From assembly GCA_913055605.1 (NCBI GenBank), contig CAJXKJ010000013.1, positions 816 to 64,815 on the forward strand: a stretch of 64,000 nucleotides of DNA, given 5' to 3'. This document shows positions 61,582-64,000 of the stretch, piece after piece (position 1 is the first letter of the stretch; every line of letters starts with the position of its first letter). Below the pieces are notes generated by a model. The model was given only the letters and a program-made list of their open reading frames with translations. It did not search any database and was not told the origin of the DNA. This stretch comes from an uncultured Euryhalocaulis sp. (GTDB taxonomy: Bacteria > Pseudomonadota > Alphaproteobacteria > Caulobacterales > Maricaulaceae). The position numbers were made by a program, and so were the translations under genes.

Positions 61582-62412
61582 TCAGGCGTTCGCGGTTTCC
61601 GCTTCGCCCTCGGCCTCGGCCGGGGCGGCCTCTGCCGGGGCGGGAGCTTCGGCCTCTTCGGCCACCGCGGCTTCGACCGGCGGGGCTTCCGAGGCGCCGA
61701 TATCGACGCCGGACGATTCCTGACCGGCGGCCATGCCGTCCAGGATCGCGTCGGCCAGCAGATCGCAATACAGGCTGATCGCGCGGGCGGCGTCGTCATT
61801 GGCCGGGATCGGATAGTCGATCTGGTCCGGGTCGCAATTGGTGTCGACGACGGCGACGAGCGGGATGTTCAGCTTGCGCGCTTCTTTCAGCGCGATCTGC
61901 TCTTTATTCGTGTCGATCACGAAGATCAGGTCGGGCACGCCGCCCATGTCCTTGATGCCGCCGAGCGAACGCTCCAGCTTTTCCTGCTCGCGCGTCAGGT
62001 TCAGCAGCTCTTTCTTTGTCAGGCCGACATGCTCGTCCTGGCCCAGCAGCTCTTCCAGCTCGCGCAGGCGGCGGATCGAGTGCGAGATCGTGGACCAGTT
62101 GGTCAGCGTGCCGCCCAGCCAGCGGTGATTCACATAATACTGGGCGCAGCGCTTGGCCGCCGTGGCGATCGGATCGGACGCCTGGCGCTTGGTGCCGACG
62201 AACAGGATCCGGCCCCCGCTGGCGGCGACTTCGCGCGCCTTGACCAGCGCCTGATGCAGCATCGGCACGGTCTGGGACAGGTCGATCACATGGATGTTCG
62301 AGCGGACGCCAAAGATATAGCGGTCCATTTTCGGGTTCCAGCGGTGCGTCTGGTGCCCAAAGTGCGCGCCGGCCTCCAAAAGCTGGCGCATGCTGAATTC
62401 CGGTAGAGCCAT
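61582..62412 (-). CDS. rpsB: 30S ribosomal protein S2 with Ala/Glu/Pro-rich C-terminal tail
   Basis: [22 protein letters not shown]. Confidence 0.97.
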   Translation of the reverse strand: MALPEFSMRQLLEAGAHFGHQTHRWNPKMDRYIFGVRSNIHVIDLSQTVPMLHQALVKAREVAASGGRILFVGTKRQASDPIATAAKRCAQYYVNHRWLGGTLTNWSTISHSIRRLRELEELLGQDEHVGLTKKELLNLTREQEKLERSLGGIKDMGGVPDLIFVIDTNKEQIALKEARKLNIPLVAVVDTNCDPDQIDYPIPANDDAARAISLYCDLLADAILDGMAAGQESSGVDIGASEAPPVEAAVAEEAEAPAPAEAAPAEAEGEAETANA

Positions 62413-62569
62413 CGGTTTTCCTTTCTCCGGTTAGGCCTCGCGCGGATCTGCACCGCCCCGAGGGGCGGCACCGGAAGTGGAACGGAAACTCCGTCCCTGA
62501 TCCGCGTGTGGATTGCGGCGCGCTTATAGGAGGCGGATCGCCAATGCGCAAGCGGGGAAGACGGCTCCG

Positions 62570-64000
62570 CTACAGCTCCCGCACCAGCTCCACGCCGGGG
62601 GTGGATTTCAGCACCCCGCGGGCGGCGGCGTCGACCGGATAACGGCCCGGTACGGTGAATTCGGCCTCCCGCTCTTCGTCCAGCGGCAGAATGAAGCGAA
62701 GCTCCCCCTCCCCGCCGCGCTGGGCCATCTGCTCCAGCCGCGCTTTCAGCGCCTCCAGCCCCTCGGCGGAGCGCAGATAGACCGACAGGCCCGCCGAGCC
62801 CGCGGTCAGCTGGTCGTCCAGCGGTTTGACGCCCTCGGCGAAGAAGCTGAGATCGCCCTCGCGCACCTCGATCCGGGCGCGCAGGCTGACCGCGGCGCCG
62901 GGATTCAGCAGGTCGCGCGCCTGCAGCAGCACTTCGGGCGGGGCCAGGACCTCGTATTCCCCCGTCGGGTCGGACAGGGAGACGAAGGCGAAGCGGCGTC
63001 CGGACTTGTTGGAGACCTTCTCCTGCTTCCGGCGCACCACGCCCGCCATTTTCAGGCTGGTCCGCCCCTCGTTCACCGCGTCCTGCGCCTCCGCGACGAA
63101 CACGACATCCCGCTTTTTCAGCGACTCCGCGACGTCGTCCAGCGGGTGGCCGGACAGATAGAAGCCGACCGCCGCCAGCTCCTCGTCCAGCCGCCGGGTC
63201 GGGTCCCAGTCCTCGCCCTGGGGCAGTTTCGGCCGGTCGGCGGCCGCAGGGGCCGATTCGAACAGCCCGATCTGGCCCGACGAGCGGTCCTGATGCGCCG
63301 CGGCGGCCATCGCCAGCAGCGTTTCGGCCGCAGCGAACGCCTTGGCCCGGTCGGGCTCCAGCGTGTCGAACGCCCCGGCGCGGGCCAGATTCTCGAAGGC
63401 GCGCTTGTTGACGTGGCGCGGGTCCACCCGCTCGGCGAAATCGTAGAGGTCCTTGAACGGCCCGCCCTCGTCGCGCACCGCCGCGACATGCTCCATGGCC
63501 GCGGTGCCGACATTGCGGATCGCGCCCAGCGCATAGAGGATTTCGCCGTCCTTCACCGCGAAATCGGCAAAAGACTCGTTCACGCAGGGCGGCCGCACGC
63601 CAATCTTCAGCCGCCGCGTCTCCTGGAAGAACTGGGCCAGCTTATCGGTATTGTGCCGGTCCAGGCTCATCAAGGCGGCCATGAACTCGACCTTGTGGTT
63701 CGCCTTCAGCCAGGCGGTCCGGTACGAGATCAGGCCATAGGCGGCCGCGTGCGACTTGTTGAAGCCATAGCCGGCGAACTCGGCCACCAGGTCGAAGATG
63801 TAATCCGCCTTGCCGGGGGGAACGCCGCGCTCGGCGGCGCCGGACATGAAGCGCTCCTTCTGCTTGTCCATCTCCGCCTTGATCTTCTTGCCCATGGCGC
63901 GGCGCAGAAGATCGGCTTCGCCCAGCGAATAGCCCGACAGGATCTGGGCGATCTGCATCACCTGTTCCTGATAGATGATGACGCCGTAGGTCTCCTCCAG
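62570..64000 (-). CDS. dnaE: DNA polymerase III alpha subunit, C-terminal part (5' end beyond window)
   Basis: Frame stays open to nt 64000 (..YQEQVMQIAQILSGYSLGEADLLRRAMGKK). OB-fold and C-terminal tail follow. Confidence 0.95.
   Translation of the reverse strand: MEETYGVIIYQEQVMQIAQILSGYSLGEADLLRRAMGKKIKAEMDKQKERFMSGAAERGVPPGKADYIFDLVAEFAGYGFNKSHAAAYGLISYRTAWLKANHKVEFMAALMSLDRHNTDKLAQFFQETRRLKIGVRPPCVNESFADFAVKDGEILYALGAIRNVGTAAMEHVAAVRDEGGPFKDLYDFAERVDPRHVNKRAFENLARAGAFDTLEPDRAKAFAAAETLLAMAAAAHQDRSSGQIGLFESAPAAADRPKLPQGEDWDPTRRLDEELAAVGFYLSGHPLDDVAESLKKRDVVFVAEAQDAVNEGRTSLKMAGVVRRKQEKVSNKSGRRFAFVSLSDPTGEYEVLAPPEVLLQARDLLNPGAAVSLRARIEVREGDLSFFAEGVKPLDDQLTAGSAGLSVYLRSAEGLEALKARLEQMAQRGGEGELRFILPLDEEREAEFTVPGRYPVDAAARGVLKSTPGVELVREL

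Noticed and set aside
62413-62569. Possible rpsB leader or dnaE terminator hairpin (CCGCCCC-GAG-GGGCGG around 62452-62468)
   Set aside because: A GC hairpin is present but has no U-tract, and I cannot evaluate covariation. I could not distinguish a dnaE 3' hairpin from an S2 autoregulatory leader, so it was not called as a feature.

Overview
High-GC (hand estimate about two-thirds G+C) chromosomal core region from an alphaproteobacterium. The lineage call rests on the GAAC-N7-GAAC LexA box, lpxI, ntrYX, a lipoyl-bearing PdhB, and the conserved run lexA-comEC-gltX-gltA-lpxB-lpxI-lpxA-fabZ-lpxD-skp-bamA-rseP-dxr-cdsA-uppS-frr-pyrH-tsf-rpsB-dnaE. I call about 60 densely packed protein genes, many with 1-4 nt start/stop overlaps. 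Functions covered are cell envelope and division (rlpA, D-Ala-D-Ala carboxypeptidase, ftsB, the lipid A/BAM cluster), replication and nucleotide metabolism (tmk, holB, mazG, pyrG, dnaE), hfq-hflX, trkAH, ntrYX, isoprenoid genes (ispDF, dxr, uppS), lipA, the pyruvate dehydrogenase operon, glycolysis (eno, tpiA) and translation factors. I found no rRNA, tRNA, CRISPR array, transposase, integrase or recognisable defence system, and I cannot point to a convincing multi-gene novel system. The items most worth follow-up are small. (1) A low-GC, 80-codon winged-helix-like gene sits tightly between pdhB and pdhC. (2) Two tandem paralogous secreted four-cysteine proteins lie between ftsB and eno. (3) A receiver-like protein has Glu at the phospho-acceptor position and Arg at the conserved Lys position. 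(4) A Pif1/RecD-like helicase lies 4 nt downstream of the pyrG stop and is followed by an orphan multi-TM HisKA_3 kinase. (5) The last ~75 codons of gltX show a sharp drop in GC3. (6) There are unexplained operator-like palindromes upstream of ntrY and ftsB. The many very long ORFs antisense to real genes are codon-aligned GC3 artefacts. The ORF track appears to accept TTG/GTG as Met, so several starts were trimmed by homology logic. All family assignments come from motif recognition by eye, not from searches.
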